Positions 1 through 14,454 of a DNA stretch of 64,000 bases are shown here, in pieces. Numbering within the stretch: the stretch's first letter is position 1; each line of letters opens with the position of its first letter. The position numbers and the translations under genes are program-made. Location: the NCBI GenBank assembly GCA_051294375.1, contig CM119264.1, forward strand, positions 1,741,930 to 1,805,929. The letters run 5' to 3'. This stretch comes from Paraspadella gotoi (taxonomy: Eukaryota > Animalia > Chaetognatha). Below the pieces are notes generated by a model. The model worked only from the letters and a program-made list of their open reading frames with translations. It ran no database searches and was not told where the DNA came from.

Positions 1-1230
1 AAAGTCATAAAGGGTGCCTCCAGTACGAGGAAAGGCTTTAAACCTAAATAGTTTTATTAAAATTTTCACCAATGATCTCTACCACTTTTATCACTTCCTC
101 TCTTTTCTCTCCTCCCCTTCTCACCCTCCTCTCCTCCCTTCCCTTTTTTTCCCTCCCCTCTCCTCCAACCCCTCTCCTCCCTCTCCTCCTCTCTCTCTCC
201 TCCCCTCCTTCCTCCCCCTCCAACCACCTTCCTCACTCCCTCCTCTCTCTCTCCCCTCCAACCCCCTTCCTCCCTTCTTCCTCCTCCCCTTCCAACCCCT
301 TCCTCCCTCCCTCCTCCTCTCTCTCCCCTCCCCTCTCCTCCTCCCCTCCCCCTCCAACCCCTTCCTCCCTCCCTCCTCCCTCTCTCCCTCCCCTCTGCCC
401 TCCTCCCCCTCCAACCCCTTCCTCCCCCCTTCCTTCTCTCTCCCCTCTCCTCCCCCTCCTCCTCCCCCTCCACCCAACCCCTTTCCTCCCTCCCACTCCT
501 CTCTCCCCCTCTCCTCACAGGATCTCCTCCCCAACTCTCCTCCTCTTCCTTCTTTTCCCGATTCTGCGAATTTGTTTCGGTCAAACGATCGTCGTTTTCT
601 GTGAGACGATCGTTGTTCTCTCGATGTGGAGCTGGTCGAGACCGCGTCCCGGTGTAGTTACAGGCTAACGGCAAGTATCGCTAGTTTGGGTAATCTACGT
701 GGCGACTCAGTGACCGAATTATGTACTCTGCGAGAAGTTGATTGAAATCTTGCAAAATCTTCTTTGAAATTGGTACAACCAATAAAAATCACCATTTATT
801 TAATAAATCTAGCCCTGACTTTGGACAGGCTTTGGTGTTTTAAGGCCTCCACCCCTCTTACAAGATAAGACATAGCAGGTCCAATCAATTGTTACAGTCT
901 CGTAAAAGGGATGTAGACCTTAACCAACTATAAAATGTCCGAATCAGGGTTAAGTTAGTTTGGTTATTGAATGAGGGATAATTCTTTTATTGTTTGTATT
1001 TAATTCTAATCTGTGATCAGTTTTAATTTGTGAATGTCTAATGATATCCGTTTTTATTGCATCTTGATAAAGATGGATAACAAATAAAATCTTATAAGGG
1101 AGTGGTCTTATGGGAGTGGTCTTTTCATGCAATTGAAACATTCTTTGAAATATTATGTCACTTGATTGTAGTAAAGTCAGGTACTCTGGTATTGAATAAA
1201 CAAGACTGGGAGAGAGTCGAAAGTTTGCAG
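1..1230 (+). repeat. Near-duplicate of 10490-11470 (segment around the M3 exon of LGIC gene 1); false or recent duplication
   Basis: Colinear match including intron sequence, e.g. 'caccaatgatctctacc', 'caaacgatcgtcgttttct', 'gtaaaagggatgtag', 'gagagtcgaaag'. Differences are mostly single-base indels. Confidence 0.85.
521..663 (+). CDS. Cys-loop LGIC exon encoding M3 (duplicate copy)
   Basis: Polypyrimidine tract plus CAG acceptor at 518-520. Translation ..LLLFLLFPILRICFGQTIVVFCETIVVLSMWSWSRPRP resembles an M3 helix. Same exon at 10850-11002. Confidence 0.6.
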
Positions 1231-3679
1231 GGACCTGCTATGTCATTATCTTGTAAGATCGCCTATTCCTTCTTCAAGAAACGCTCAATTTTATCGTTAA
1301 TATTTTGAAATTAATGTTAATTTTTAAGTCTAAAAAAATTATATTAAAATTTAAGATTTAATAAGTAAGGGTAAGAATTATATTAGGATTAGGGTTTAGG
1401 GATAGAGTTCGTAAAATTAGGAAATTAGGATTAATTGATTATGTATGTTGCAAAGTTAATAATAAAGATTAAAGTAAAAGTTAGGGTTTACAGATTAAAT
1501 TAACAATTATGGTAGAATTAGTGGTGGGGAATAGAAGATTACCAGTTATTCGTTATAAGATTAATTATGAATTTTAAGATCTTAAATTAAGTTGAAACGA
1601 AGTCACATTATTTAGGCCACATGAAATTGAGGTCTTTTTGAAAATGAGTAGCGCGGGACAATCCCTCAAATTTCTGGATTGCAATCATTTCTTTTTGTTT
1701 CTCTCACTAATATTTCTCCTGCAGTCTGACTATATCCGCTCTTGAATTCCATCTACTAAAACTTTTCATTCTAATAATGAATTAAAAAATTTATAAAAAC
1801 AAATTAATAAAAAGTTAATAATTTAAGTCATAAATGATTCCGACCTAAGATCCGATCTCTTACTAAACCTTTGTATTCCCCCTTATTTCGCTAAATGTTT
1901 TACCTACGTGCATAACTTGAATAATTTCATTAACTTACGCTTTTCACAACTTTACTTCACGTACCCGTAACGTGCGATCACCCTCGCTTTGCGTTACTTG
2001 TGTCTGTTCACGGGTCTGAGAGTTCATGAACTCACCCGCAGATCGAGGTTTGCGCCGTGAGCCGATTTTTTTTTTTTAGTTGGCCGCCGAGTACTCGCGA
2101 GCAACACTATAATATTTCACTTCTTCACTGGTCTGTCGGGTCTATGTCTGCCCGCCTCGGGTCAATCCCACTGACTGTAGATTTAAACACAAGTATATAG
2201 ATTTCCCTACCAATAAGTATGCTCATTGTGTTATAAAGCAGGAAAAACTCAATCTACAGTGGACGGGCTAGCGCCGGGCCTACTTAGAAATCCTAAGACG
2301 TGATAAAAATAAAAGATGAATTCGATTGCACGGTGTGTCTTAGAATGTATACAGGCTTAAAGTATAATAAGTTATAGGTAGTAACTTGATAATCATGTCG
2401 CGCATGGTCATGAACATATCATGTCAGTCTGTTATGTAGCTCTAACAAAAAAGCACTGCAGCGCAACATATTGGATGAACCGATTCTCGTTTTTGTGTAT
2501 TAAATTTTGCTGGAACGGGACCAGAATAAGTTGTGGTGATCAATAGGGGTTAAAGAGGAAGAGGAAAGAGGAGGAGAAGGAGGAAGAGTGAAGAGGGAAG
2601 TGTTGAAGAAGAAGACAGCAAAATGAGAATCGAATCCCATGGTATTGAGATTGTTGGCTTTGTGGGTAGAAACCCGTCGGCCTGAGATGCGGCTTATTTT
2701 TAAGTAGGACAGAATCGGTTCATTGCAGGCGATGGGAGTGTTAGCCCCTGGCCGAGCTGAAAACGGAGGCTATCCGGCCTGGCTAAAGGCCCTTGGGAGT
2801 TCGGCTAGTGCGCGTTGAAGCCGGGCGACGAGGCCCCGCATAACATTATCCCGGTGGTCTTTAGACTCCCAGGTGCAAAAGTGTCCAGGGTGTAGTTCCA
2901 ATATGGTAAGGTCACTCGTTATCAGAATGCATAAGTGTTTTATTCGAATTCCAGTCAGTGTTTACGAACATATCAGCCAGTACTTTTTCTTCACTTTAAT
3001 TTTCGACAGAAACGAATTTAAGTGAAAAAAGAAATATAAAAGAGGATATTTTTTGTCTTTTCTCAATTAATCATCACAGATGAATGAACCCGGGAATACA
3101 CGAGCGAGAAGGGATTAAGGATAGAGGATTGCGGTAAGAGGAAGTAAGATTTCTGTGAATGGGTTTCGAACCACGAGGATTTTGGAAGCCAAATCACGAG
3201 AAAGGAACAATAGTTTTCCGGAAGAGGTAAAGAGAAGGTTCCAGAAGCAGCGGAAGAGGAGGATTCCGGTTATAGATGAATCTGGCTCGTGCGTCACTTG
3301 CCATTGATAAAATCAGTCTGCTTTCTGCTTTGATTCATTCTGTCCAAATATTTGACACCGTCTTCTATCTTTACTTTCTGTTAATAGAATTTCCACTTTT
3401 GGTTTCATGCTGAAATCCCTGATTTCTTACTATCAAATGTCTCAGTGTGGCAGTTCGTTGCCGTATTCGAACACGTCCTCCGACTAATTTGAAAAAAGGG
3501 CGCGAATGGGATATTCTAACCTAAAAAGATATGAACCAAAATGATTTAAATAATCGTGATGAAACGGTTCCACTTTTCAGGATTTCCTGTTGAACAATTG
3601 CTGATATAATATAATGAAGTACCGTTAATGCAATTTTGCCTCAAACAAAATTGTTTTGATCTCGAAGGCTGTTCGGTTG

Positions 3680-3850
3680 GCTCGGCCAAGCTCAAGACCC
3701 AAGCCCTAAACGCCTCAAGCCCAATTGCCTCCAAGCCAAACCCAGCCAAACCCAAAGCCAAGCCCACAACCCAAGCCCTAAGCCCTCCAAAACATAACTT
3801 AGCCAAGCCAAGCCAAGCTCAATATTCCAAGCCCAAGCATAGCCCTAATA
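3680..3850. repeat. Degenerate (CCAAG/CCAAGC)n simple repeat
   Basis: Repeated ccaagc/gccaa units are visible directly. Confidence 0.7.
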
Positions 3851-4450
3851 TCAATCTATCCTTCTAATCTAATCATATTAAATAAATATTCCTATTTACC
3901 AAGCTATTTCTAAATTCATTTCCCAACTTGATGAAATCCTTTATCAAGCTCCAGTTAAAAGATCTTCAGCCGTTACCGGCAGAATCGGACTCCAAGACGC
4001 GTGCCTTCACGAATTTGAGAGATTGAAAGTGTGATTTGGGTGGGGAAATCTTCCTGGTAATGCTGCGAGGGATCTTTAATGAGAATATGCTTAAGCTATA
4101 ACTTAAGTGGCGAATTGCGTCATGCACCATCCATAGATTTGGAATTCCCCACGAAATCGCTATTGTTGAAAATTGTATAGATTGTGTATAAATAAAAATG
4201 ACTAAAACTAACCTCATTTCTCTCTCTCTCCTCTCTTCTACTCTCTCTCTCCTCTCTCTCTCTCTCCCTTTCCCCCGGCTCTTGACAACTCGATTACTCT
4301 TTCAGTTTGAAGCAGACAAAAAAAATCCAATCATCTCTGGATGCTTTTCGGTTTTCTGTACATGAGGACCTGACTTCGCAAGTCAATAATGCTAGGAAAC
4401 TTTTGTTATAAATACATAGTTTATCCGTTTTCTAAATATGTTTCTTCTCG

Positions 4451-4487
<37 letters not shown>

Positions 4488-6244
4488 CTTCTCTCTCTCT
4501 CTTGCTCTCATGGGCTAGCTTGGGCCTTTGGTGTCCTTCTCGGGTATTCCCCCCGGCTCTTTCGTTTTCCTGCCTCTCTCTCCTCTCCTATCATAACCCC
4601 TTCCTCCTGTCTCTTTTGCGCAGACCAACGCCGTTCTCCCTTCCTGCTCTCGCCTTCCTTCTCCGTCTCTTAGCCTCCCTCTGCCTTTACCTCCACTGAC
4701 CTCCATTCCTCCCTTCCCTTATGTCGTGTCCTTCCCTCTCTCTCGCTTGCGTGCCCCATCCTGTATCTACACTCCCTCTTCGCTCAACCAATTTAACCGA
4801 TCCCTTCTAGCGTATCATGCCCGAAATTCCTTCCTTCCTTGCGCTACTCCCTCTACGCCTTTGCTTCCGTTTCTCCTCATTCTTCCCTTCCTCTCCCTCT
4901 CCCTTTCTTCCCTCTCCTCCCTCTTTCCCTCTCCCACCTCCCCCTCACCGATTTGCCCACTTTATGATTATAAATTTAATCTCATTCAAATTTTTCATTT
5001 AGACAATCGTGACGTACCTTTCAACAGCGCGGACTAGTTTTCCATTTGAAAAATGGAATCAAAAAATCGATGCTCTTTTTTTTTGCAAATTAAATTAAAA
5101 AAAAATTCGTTGGTTAACTTTAAATGAGAGTTTATGGCGCAAAGATGCATTAGTACGCTATTTGGAGGTTACCGCTCGAGATTACGTGAAACGAGTCTGT
5201 CCACATTTCAGTAACAGGCGCAGATTTATACCTTTTCTGAAATATTTTTTGATTAGTGATGAGAGCTATCATTTTTCAAGATGCCTTGAATATAGGAGAT
5301 ACTTTATTAAATCATTACGAATGGCGAGATGTCAAAATAGTGAAAAAAAGGTATAGCCGTAACATAAATCTTGCGTTGAAAAATAGTATATAATAAAATA
5401 AACGGTTTATAATAATTTTAATAATTTTATGAAAAACATTATAACAAAATAAGATGGGGAGTTTTTAAAACAGAAATAATAAAAACAATTGGATATGCAT
5501 CTGCGCAAATGGTAATTCTGTTTTTTTAGAGCTAAGTTTATTAACATTACACACGTTTCAATAAATATTTACTTCAATTTCCTCAATGGACTGAATATCT
5601 GTACTTATAGTAGAAACACGCCAATCTTATCAGCCAACTTACTACAATAAAAACGGCATTTCACATTTAACTTTATTCATTTACGTGAGAGTCTATCTAA
5701 TATTCCATATTTTTCCTACATTAATACTTCGATTCAGTTAACAACTCCATCGTCAAAAATGTTTAATACGCGTGCATGAACACTCTGACGAAGGTAAATT
5801 TTTTTCAACTTTCATGCTATCTGAAATACGAATGTTGTCGTATGCGATGCAAGAGTCAAGAGGAATAAACGAGTGCTGACAGCGACTACTTAAGGTCGTC
5901 AAGGATATGAGGTGGACTACTGGGTCTCATTCCCTTCTTAATAGGAAAACCGGAGTAATATCATTTGTAATAATATATAAATAGCAGTATAAAAAATCAA
6001 TAATCAGATAATATAAACTAATGTCTTGACTTATTTATTATTTTTTTCATGAGTTTTGATACTATTATTTAGAGACCTGAAATACTATAAATAGAATGGA
6101 TTAATATATTATATTCCTAAGTCATGTAGAGAATGAAAAACGAAAAAAAGATCCTCACCCTGTAAGAGATAGATGTAGATGAGTCATTGACAGATATAGC
6201 ATGCTGAGAAGGAATAGAGAGGAGAGAGAGAAGAGAGAGAGAGA

Positions 6245-6299
<55 letters not shown>

Positions 6300-6689
6300 G
6301 AGAGAGAGCATGATTTAGCTGTTTCTCGAATTGTACTCTTTTTTATTGATGTAGGACAGCGGAAGATCGAAAAGAGCTTAAAACCAATTAAAGGACAAAA
6401 TCTTCTTTCGGTTTTTAAATCTCAAACTTTGAGAAAATGAAGGACGGAGTTGGATCTGTTGACCGATGGATTGTCTGCCCGTTGTCAAATGCTGTCTTCC
6501 TCTTGCATGGCGCAAGTATGCAACGAGTATAGTTGTTTGGGGCAGGAGAGAGATTGTACTTTAATTCCGATTAGTTCTACTATTTAACCTCAATTAATTA
6601 TAAATTTTAGACTTAAACTTTCTGTATTTTAAACTCTTATTACCGAGTCTTTTAAATCAAACTCGTATTTCTCACATTTCAACGCCTTA

Positions 6690-7000
6690 ACTTTTTACCT
6701 CTCAACTCTTCACTCTTTACTCTCAACTCTTCACTCTTTACTCTCAACTCTTCGCTCTTTACTTTCTCAACTCTTTATTTCAACTTCTTCACTCTCACCT
6801 CTTCACTCTTTACTCTCAACGTGCTATGCCTCTTTACTCCACCTCTTCGACTCGTCAACTCTTTCACTCTTTACTCTCACTCTTCACTCTCAACTCTTCA
6901 CTCTCAACTGCTTCACTCTCAACTCATGTCATCTCTTTACTCTCAAACTCTTCACTCTTCACTTCTCAACTCTTCACTCTCAATCTCAACTCTCCAACTC
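6690..7000. repeat. ~21-bp minisatellite (ctctcaactcttcactcttta)
   Basis: Tandem imperfect units are visible. Confidence 0.75.
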
Positions 7001-7028
7001 TATGATCTTCCTCAAACATGCGCCACAG

Positions 7029-8333
7029 CCTCGGTCGGCAGTGTTCCCGTGTCTCATGCAGAAGGCATCGAATAGGCTCGAATCATCTGAAAGGATGTAA
7101 TCTCTTTCAAAACAAGGAGACTTCAGATGGAACTATTGACATTCAACTTCACGCTTCTCACTGTGAACGACTCACGAGGACGGGGTGAGATTTTTTTCAG
7201 TTCCACGACAGCGTCAATCGCTGACGTTTCATCTTCTATATCAACGACGATTTTCGCTTGACCGTGACGGAGGGGCGTGGGCGGCATGATTCTCACTTTT
7301 CGAGATTAAACTGACTGAATTTAATGAAGACGGAAATAAAATAACTTCATCTATATAATGTCAAAACCAAACGAGAGTCTTTATTAAGAGTTACACTATT
7401 CATCATCCTGAGAGCCGAATGCGGAGATCTGAACCCTAAAAACGTACTAACGCTTATCTAAGTATTAATATTACTAGTATTTTATTTTACTAGATAATAC
7501 TAATATTATTTCCGGATGCATTATGAATTGGTTATTTTTTATTAACCAGTTTATTATAAAAAGAAACAAATTGTTATCATGATCTCCCGATTATCATATA
7601 ACTTACTGCTTTCCTTCTCAGACTTATGTCCGCTCTGAATCCGCCATCGTCGACTCGGTGGCAACGATCCAATTCTGCTAAAAGGAAACTGCAGATAATA
7701 TTCTGGCATGGACCACAATTTCTGAGTGCCATCAAGCTAGGCAAGAGTTGGAGAACTTGAGATTATGGATGACATGGACAATTGGCACACTAGGACACTA
7801 GGTACATAGTCAATATTATAATTGGGGAAATACGTTCTGATGCTGATGAGACGATTGCAAAGTGAGGAGATTGCGAATCGTTAATAATTGAGCCAATGCT
7901 AATATTAATTAAAATAAAGCTATTTATTGGCTATTGATGATAATAAAAACAAATTTAAAGAGGTTAAATAATACATTGCGAATATTAAAAAATGAAAAAA
8001 AAAGACCAAAAAAATATTAATTAATAATAATATAATAATGTAATTGACAGAGATGAAAAAAAGCAAACTACCTCAACCTTCTTCCTCCTTTCCTTACCCT
8101 CTTTCTGACCCATTTCTTTCTCCCCTTCAACACCCCCCTCTTTTCAGATGCCCAACTTCGTTCTCCTCGAAGACCAAGAATTCAACAAACACACGCTTCA
8201 TCGACAAAGATGCAAGTCAATTCCCTTGAATGCCTGTCATGTTGAACTTCACTAACGGGCGACAGTTCCTATGCTGACGAAGTCGGCACCAAAACGTCTT
8301 TGGCAGGGGATGTAAATGGAATCGTCTTCTCTC

Positions 8334-8423
<90 letters not shown>

Positions 8424-11400
8424 CTACTCATTGCATTTATCTCCATTTTCAGCATGGACCGGACTCACTTCCCGCTCGTCTCAAACCTGGCAGAATTCAA
8501 AGATTGCGTTTGCTTCCTCTGCAAATCAGCGTCAGTTCATTCTTGCAAAAATAAGTTCATTATACTTTTTTTTTATTATTTTATTTTTCTCTATCATTCC
8601 CCTTTCCTCCCTTTCCCTCCCTTTATCCCTTCTAACTCTCTTCTATCTTGCTTGTTTTTCGATTATTTCCTTTCTCTTTCCTCTTTTTATCTTTCCTAAT
8701 TCCTCCCTCCTTCCTTTTCATTTCCTTTCCTTTCCTTCCTCTCCTCCTTTCTTTCTCCTTTCCTTTCCTCTTCCTCCATTTTCTTTCTTTTCTTCCTTTT
8801 TCTTTTCTTTCCTCCCTTTATTTCCTTTTCGTCCCTTTTCTTTCTCCTTTCCTCTTTTTCTTTCGTACTTCCTCCCTTTTTCTTTCTTTCCTCTTTTTAC
8901 TTTTCCTCTTTTCTCCTTTTCTTCCTCTTTCCTCCTTAATCCTTCTTTACCCTTCCCTCTTTTCCTCCCTTCTCCTCTTCAAGACAGTGTCGCATAGCCG
9001 AACTAGACAGTGGGCTACACTCACGACGAGACTCTTTTCTCCGACTCCACCGATTGGCCTCTTCTTTCCGGTTCTTTACGTGGAGGATTCCAGACTTCGG
9101 CCAGTGTCGACGGAATCGCTTACGACGAGGATTTTGAGAAACAGGTTTGGTTGTTGTTTTTGTCGTTGTTGTTGTCGTTGTTGTGATTTGTTGTTGTTTT
9201 TGTTATTGTTGTTGTTATTGCTGTTGTTTTTGTTTCTGTTTGTTGTGTTTATTGTGTTTTGTTGGTTTGGCGCGAACGCCAATGTCGTCGTCAAACTAAT
9301 TTAGGGGCCTTATTTCCCAGAACGCCCCATTTTATCTTACATTCAAAATTAGATTTTTAGGATTAAAATTAAGGATATAGGCTTAGGATATGATTAAGCG
9401 GTTAGGATTAGGTTACAAAATTTAAAAAAGCTTAGGTAAATATTGAGGACTAGATTAAAATTCCGGGATAAATTAAGATCGCTTCACATCGTCGACTTTG
9501 GTCACAGTTTGGTGAATTTTGTTGGATTATGTGGACAAATTAAGTTTCCTTCAATGCTTGAATGTGTGATAAGAATAAATGATTGGTAGTATTTGATCAA
9601 TGAAGTTGTTCATTTCAGCATTTAACTGGGCGACGACTGTTATTCTGTAGTCATATTCCTCAACCCCAGGACTATTTCAAAAACTCAACCTTTAAATCTT
9701 GTCTATCTTCTGATCCATCCACCAGTTCCATAATTCCCACCCTAAATCCATTCATCCTATTTCTTCTCCCTTCCACCAAAGAGAAGTTACGCCTTTCCTG
9801 GAGATCCGAGTTGAGACGAACGGGTCTCACTCCGGTCGATGTCGCTTTGGTTGATCCAATGTGCTCCTTCCTTTTCGGGATTCACTCACTTCCTTATTTT
9901 CCCTTCTTCCTCCTAGATGTGGTAGTACTTGTGAAAACAATTAGAATTTAGTAATTACATATTTAAAAACTATATTGTACCTTTATTATGTTATTGGAAT
10001 TTATATTTGAAATGATATATTTGTTCTTCACTACTTCCCTGCAGTATTCTTTCCTTTGGTTTTACTGTAAGATTTTCGTTTCCTTTCCCATTTTTCTCCA
10101 CATTTTTTTAACCAATTTTTTAGAGTAATTTTTTTTTCTTTGTCTTATTTTTTCTCTATTTAACATAATTTTTTTATTTCAAACTCTTTCTGAGCCTCTT
10201 GCGTCATTTTTCTTCAATTTCACTAATGTGCCACTTTAATTTCCTTTCTCTTCTTTGTTTGTTTCCTCTTTTTCTTTCTTTCATCTTTTTTTTTTTATTC
10301 CCCCACCATACGTTTCCATCTTCATCATCACTAAAAGTCCAACTTATTCACAACGAGACGTGTGTAGAAACGACATTGGTGACCGCCAATCACGATGCTG
10401 CTCACCATCGGCAGTCGACGCGTCATTTTGCGGTCAAGGACTGCGGTAGCAAAGAAATCTTTGTACTGAGACGCAATTCGGACCTTCTTAAAAAGTAATA
10501 AAGGGTGATTCCTCAGTACTGAGGAATAGAGCTAAAACTAAATAGTTTATGTTAAATTCACCAATGATCTCTACCCCACTTTCTCACTTCCTCTCTTTTC
10601 TCTACTCCCTTCTCACCCCTCCCCTCTTCACTCTCCTCCCCTTTTCCTCCCTCCCCTCTCCTTCCAACCCCCTTACCTCGCCTCCCACTCCTCTCTCTCT
10701 CCCCTCCTCCTCTCTCTTTCCCCTCCCCTCTCCTTCCCGCCCTCCTAACCCCCTTCCTCCCTCCTCTCTCTCTCCCCCTCTCCCGTCTCCTCCCTCCCTC
10801 CAACCCCCTACCTCCCTCCCACTCCTTCTCCCCCCCTCCTTCCTCACAGGCATCTCCTCCCCAACTCCTCCTCCTCCTCCTTCTTTTTCCCGATTCTGGA
10901 AAATTTGTGGTCGCGTCAAACGATCGTCGTTTTCTTGAGACGATCGTTTGTTCTTCTCGATGTGGAGTCTGGTCAGAGTACCGCGATCCCGGCGGTGCTT
11001 AGGTAAGGCATTACAAGTATTGTGAGTAAGTTTTCTGGCGAACTCGTGACCCAATTATTAACTCTGCGAGAAAGTCTTGATTTAAAATCTTGCAAAATCT
11101 TTCTTGCAAATTGGTATAACCAAAAAAATCAATGTCATTTTATTTAATAAATCTGGGCCCCTGACTTTTGGACAGGCTTGGTGGTTTAAGGCCTCCATCA
11201 CGCTTACAAGATAATGACATAGCAGGTCCCTGAAAGCTTTCAATCATGTTACAGTCTTCGTAAAAGGGATGTAGTCCTTAACAAACTATAAACTTTCCGA
11301 ATCGGAAGAGTCTTGGTTATTGAATGAATGTATAATTCTTTTATTTGGTTGTATCTAATTCCAACTGGGTAATCAGATATTTAACTGTCTAAGATGTCCG

Positions 11401-11921
11401 TTATGCATCTTTGATAAAGATGGATAACCAAAATACAATCTGTGAGTGTGAGAGTCGAAAGCTTGCAGAAACTCTATTTTCAACTGTAGGGAGTGAATGG
11501 AGGCCTTAAACCACCAATGCCCATATCCTTCAAGTCTAGGGGCAAATGATAATAGTATTAAATAACATGGATATTTGTAGTCGGTCAAACAATTAATACA
11601 TATAGACAAGATCGAAAAAAACAACTTTTAACTTAAATTTTCCTTCAGGAGTTCCAAGGCCGCGCGCCAACGAAATTTTAAAATTACATCGAAGAGGAGA
11701 AAAAAGATGATAATGAATTTTTGGCAGGTAAGCAAGGACGATCGATTTAAAAAATTTGTATTGAAGTATGCCGCGTCACACTGCCTCCACTTCATTTCCC
11801 ATTATCTAGAATGTACCCGCTATGGATGGCGTCTGCTTTGTCATCAACCTCATCGTCAGGCATCGTCGCTGTTCCATGGACTTATTTCAAAATCGCCAAC
11901 GTTCCTCAAGAATTCGCTTAA
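7029..11921 (+). CDS. Cys-loop ligand-gated ion channel subunit, gene 1 (multi-exon; many indels, read errors or pseudogene)
   Basis: Approximate exons, allowing for indels: 7029-7184 (..NFTLLTVND..DG|gt), 7622-7745 (TMSARIR..RWNDPIL), 8148-8311 (PNFVLLEDQE..), 8453-8530 (MDRTHFPL..QTCRIKIALLPLQ, Cys-loop), 8984-9144 (HDETLFSDSTDWPL), 9782-9921 (ELRR..M1), 10350-10494 (ERIGTAITMLLTIAV, M2), 10850-11002 (M3), 11649-11727 (YIEEEKKMIMNFWQ|gt), 11810-11921 (MDGVCFVINLIVGIVAVPWTYF..*, M4). Clear paralogy to gene 2. Confidence 0.75.
11157..11543. mobile_element. MITE-like element with ~55-bp terminal inverted repeats, in an LGIC intron
   Basis: Left 'gcccctgacttttggacaggcttggtggtttaaggcctcc' is the approximate reverse complement of right 'ggaggccttaaaccaccaatgccc..caagtctaggggc'. 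Confidence 0.65.
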
Positions 11922-14149
11922 GGGGACCCAGTGATAAAAATATATATAAGCTTAAGGCGTCTATCATCAAAGGAATTTGAATGCGTGATAGTCATTACAG
12001 TTTTCTTTGCACGGGAACATTGGCAAAAAAATTCCTATCTCTTATTGTAGCGGAAACAAAATTAATAATTAAGAAAAAAATTTAGTTGGACCTAACTTAT
12101 AATATTTATATAATCCATTATTTTATTTTTGCTTAGGAAAGTATTTTTTTTACTAAAATTCCAAGTTTTTTATTATTAATTTACTGGTTTACAAAGCTTA
12201 CAATAGTGAACCGCGAGTGAACAAAGGCTTTACAAGACTTAAATATTTTTTTTTAAAGTTACTTTACAAATAGCAGAACAAATCAAACACTAAATTAATA
12301 TGTCTGAGCACGAAACAGAAACTGAATAATTATTAATTAATATTCAGTTATTCATCTCCTTAAATTTATATGTATACTATATTGATTCTTAATTATAACA
12401 TTAAAATTAGCAAAAAGCTACAGAATCTTTTCTCTTCTTATTTTATATTTATATTTACTTCAAAGAGCTTTTATTTTCATGCAATTTAACAGAACTTTTT
12501 GAAAAGAAAGTTTAAATTAAAATCAAGGTCGATGACCTAAATTTTGATTCAAATTCCTATTATTGTTTTTTTTTTTCATAATTTTGTGATAAAAGCTAAA
12601 AATCTTTTAAAATAGACATGACCCTTTTTTGGCAAAAAAAAAATTTTAACTTGAAAAAGATTTTCGTCTTACCGATTTTTAAGAAAATTAGCTCGCTGGA
12701 TTTTATCGAATTTTTAACTACTTCCAAATGATTATAGAAGAAAAAATTATTATGGTCAAATACCCGCTAAGTTAAGGGTCAAACGTTATGTTTTCAGCTG
12801 TACCCCCCCCTGTTTCACTTGGTCCCGACTTAACGAAAACGAGAGTAAAAGAACATATATTACAAAAGTAAAAAAAATAAAAAAATTTTAATGAAATTAA
12901 TTTATAATTCGCGTAATTTCAACTTCTAATTTTTGCAGCTTTTTCCAGAAAGCATCCATTTCTGTTTAGAATCATGAAACTTTTCTTTCACTCTCATACC
13001 AAAAATCACTGCTAAGNNNNNNNNNNNNNNNNNNNNNNNNNCTGAACTAACCATATTCCTAATCTTTAACTTAACCTCTAATCATAATATTTGAACTTAA
13101 AAACCTAATTAATTCTGAATATAAGTTGAAATAGGACACGAATCTTTATACAAGATTTATACAGAAAAAAAACTGCTACTTTATCAAGAGTTAAATTTAA
13201 TTAAATGGACGGCGGCCTTGAAACAATAAAATTATTATCAATTTTAAACTCTCTCTCTCTCTTTCTCTCTCTCTCTTTCTCTCATCAATTATAAACACAA
13301 ACAAGCTCGCGACGCGCATTGTCTGTAGATTGTGAATTAAAAAGATCCAGAGAAGAAAAAGTAAAACAGTGGAACAAATTTAGTCAATTTTTTTTTATGA
13401 AAATTAAAAAAATACTTGTTTCACTATCTTTATTTTTTTAGATTTAAAAATAACTATTATTTATGATTTTATTTATTTGTTAAAATATTTTTTGTTAAAT
13501 ATTTAAATATAATTGAGAAAAAGGTTGTCGAGTTTCGAGTCTGTAAGTAACTAAGTATCTGGGTTGATAATATCTTTATGGTCAATATTTTTACCTTCGC
13601 TGATTAGTCCCGTTTCAGGATAAGACTACGTTGTAAAATCGTATGTTCTGATAGGGATACATACTGACGAAAGTTTTATGGGGGCATCTTTATATTTCGA
13701 ATATAATTTTAAAGTCTCTTATTTAGTAATCAAACTTTTGACAAGCAGCTTAAAAAATTAATTAACTTCTCAACATCAGCGGAAGCAATAGATTTGAGAC
13801 GAACAAAGGGAACAGGTCCATCTCACAGATAACAGGTCCATCTCTGGATCATTTTTTAATTGGTTGTACCAATTTCATTTAAAAAACCCGGTTATACTTA
13901 GTAATATTTTTATGTGGTAAATTTCACCGAGTTAATTTTCGCTCTTGATTCGAGCGAGTGGCGACTGAAAAAAAAACAAAGCGATTTATTCATTCAAAAA
14001 TTAAAACTGCTTAATTAATATGGGATCGTCGTAATTGTTTTCCGTCGTCATGGAAACCAAACGCCATCTCGTGTCGAGGTTTAGAATCACTTTTTTTTTG
14101 TTCGTAAATTATCGAGTCATGCGAGGTGACGTTCGCTCTCAGCAGGTTG

Positions 14150-14185
<36 letters not shown>

Positions 14186-14454
14186 CCAGCGTACAACCGG
14201 TTTTACTTTCAGTTCGGTTACAGTTCATTTGGATTATACGTTTTTTATTGAATTTCGTGGCAATAAAAAGATTCACTCTTGAAAACGATTCAGAAAAAAA
14301 ATAACAAACTTTTGTCTCGTGAGATCAGAAAGTTAAAGATTTGTGAATTTTTCTGTCACAGATTTTTAATCGTCCGTCACTGGGCTATCACAGCCACCAA
14401 CGACATCTCACATCTTTAACCTTTAACCTCGACTTTCAACAACTTATCACCCCG

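Noticed and set aside
14-674. Pro/Ser/Leu- or Gly/Glu/Arg-rich ORFs (also 8300-9300, 10549-11054, 15462-15858)
   Set aside because: Translations of intronic polypyrimidine tracts and microsatellites; only the small embedded LGIC exons are credible.
2640-2910. GC-richer segment with an FNAH-like motif on - (possible LINE endonuclease relic)
   Set aside because: Motif incomplete, stops present, no other LINE motifs nearby.
6437-6520. Possible signal-peptide exon of LGIC gene 1 (..IVAVVMLSSSCMAQ)
   Set aside because: Needs several assumed indels; plausible but not supportable.
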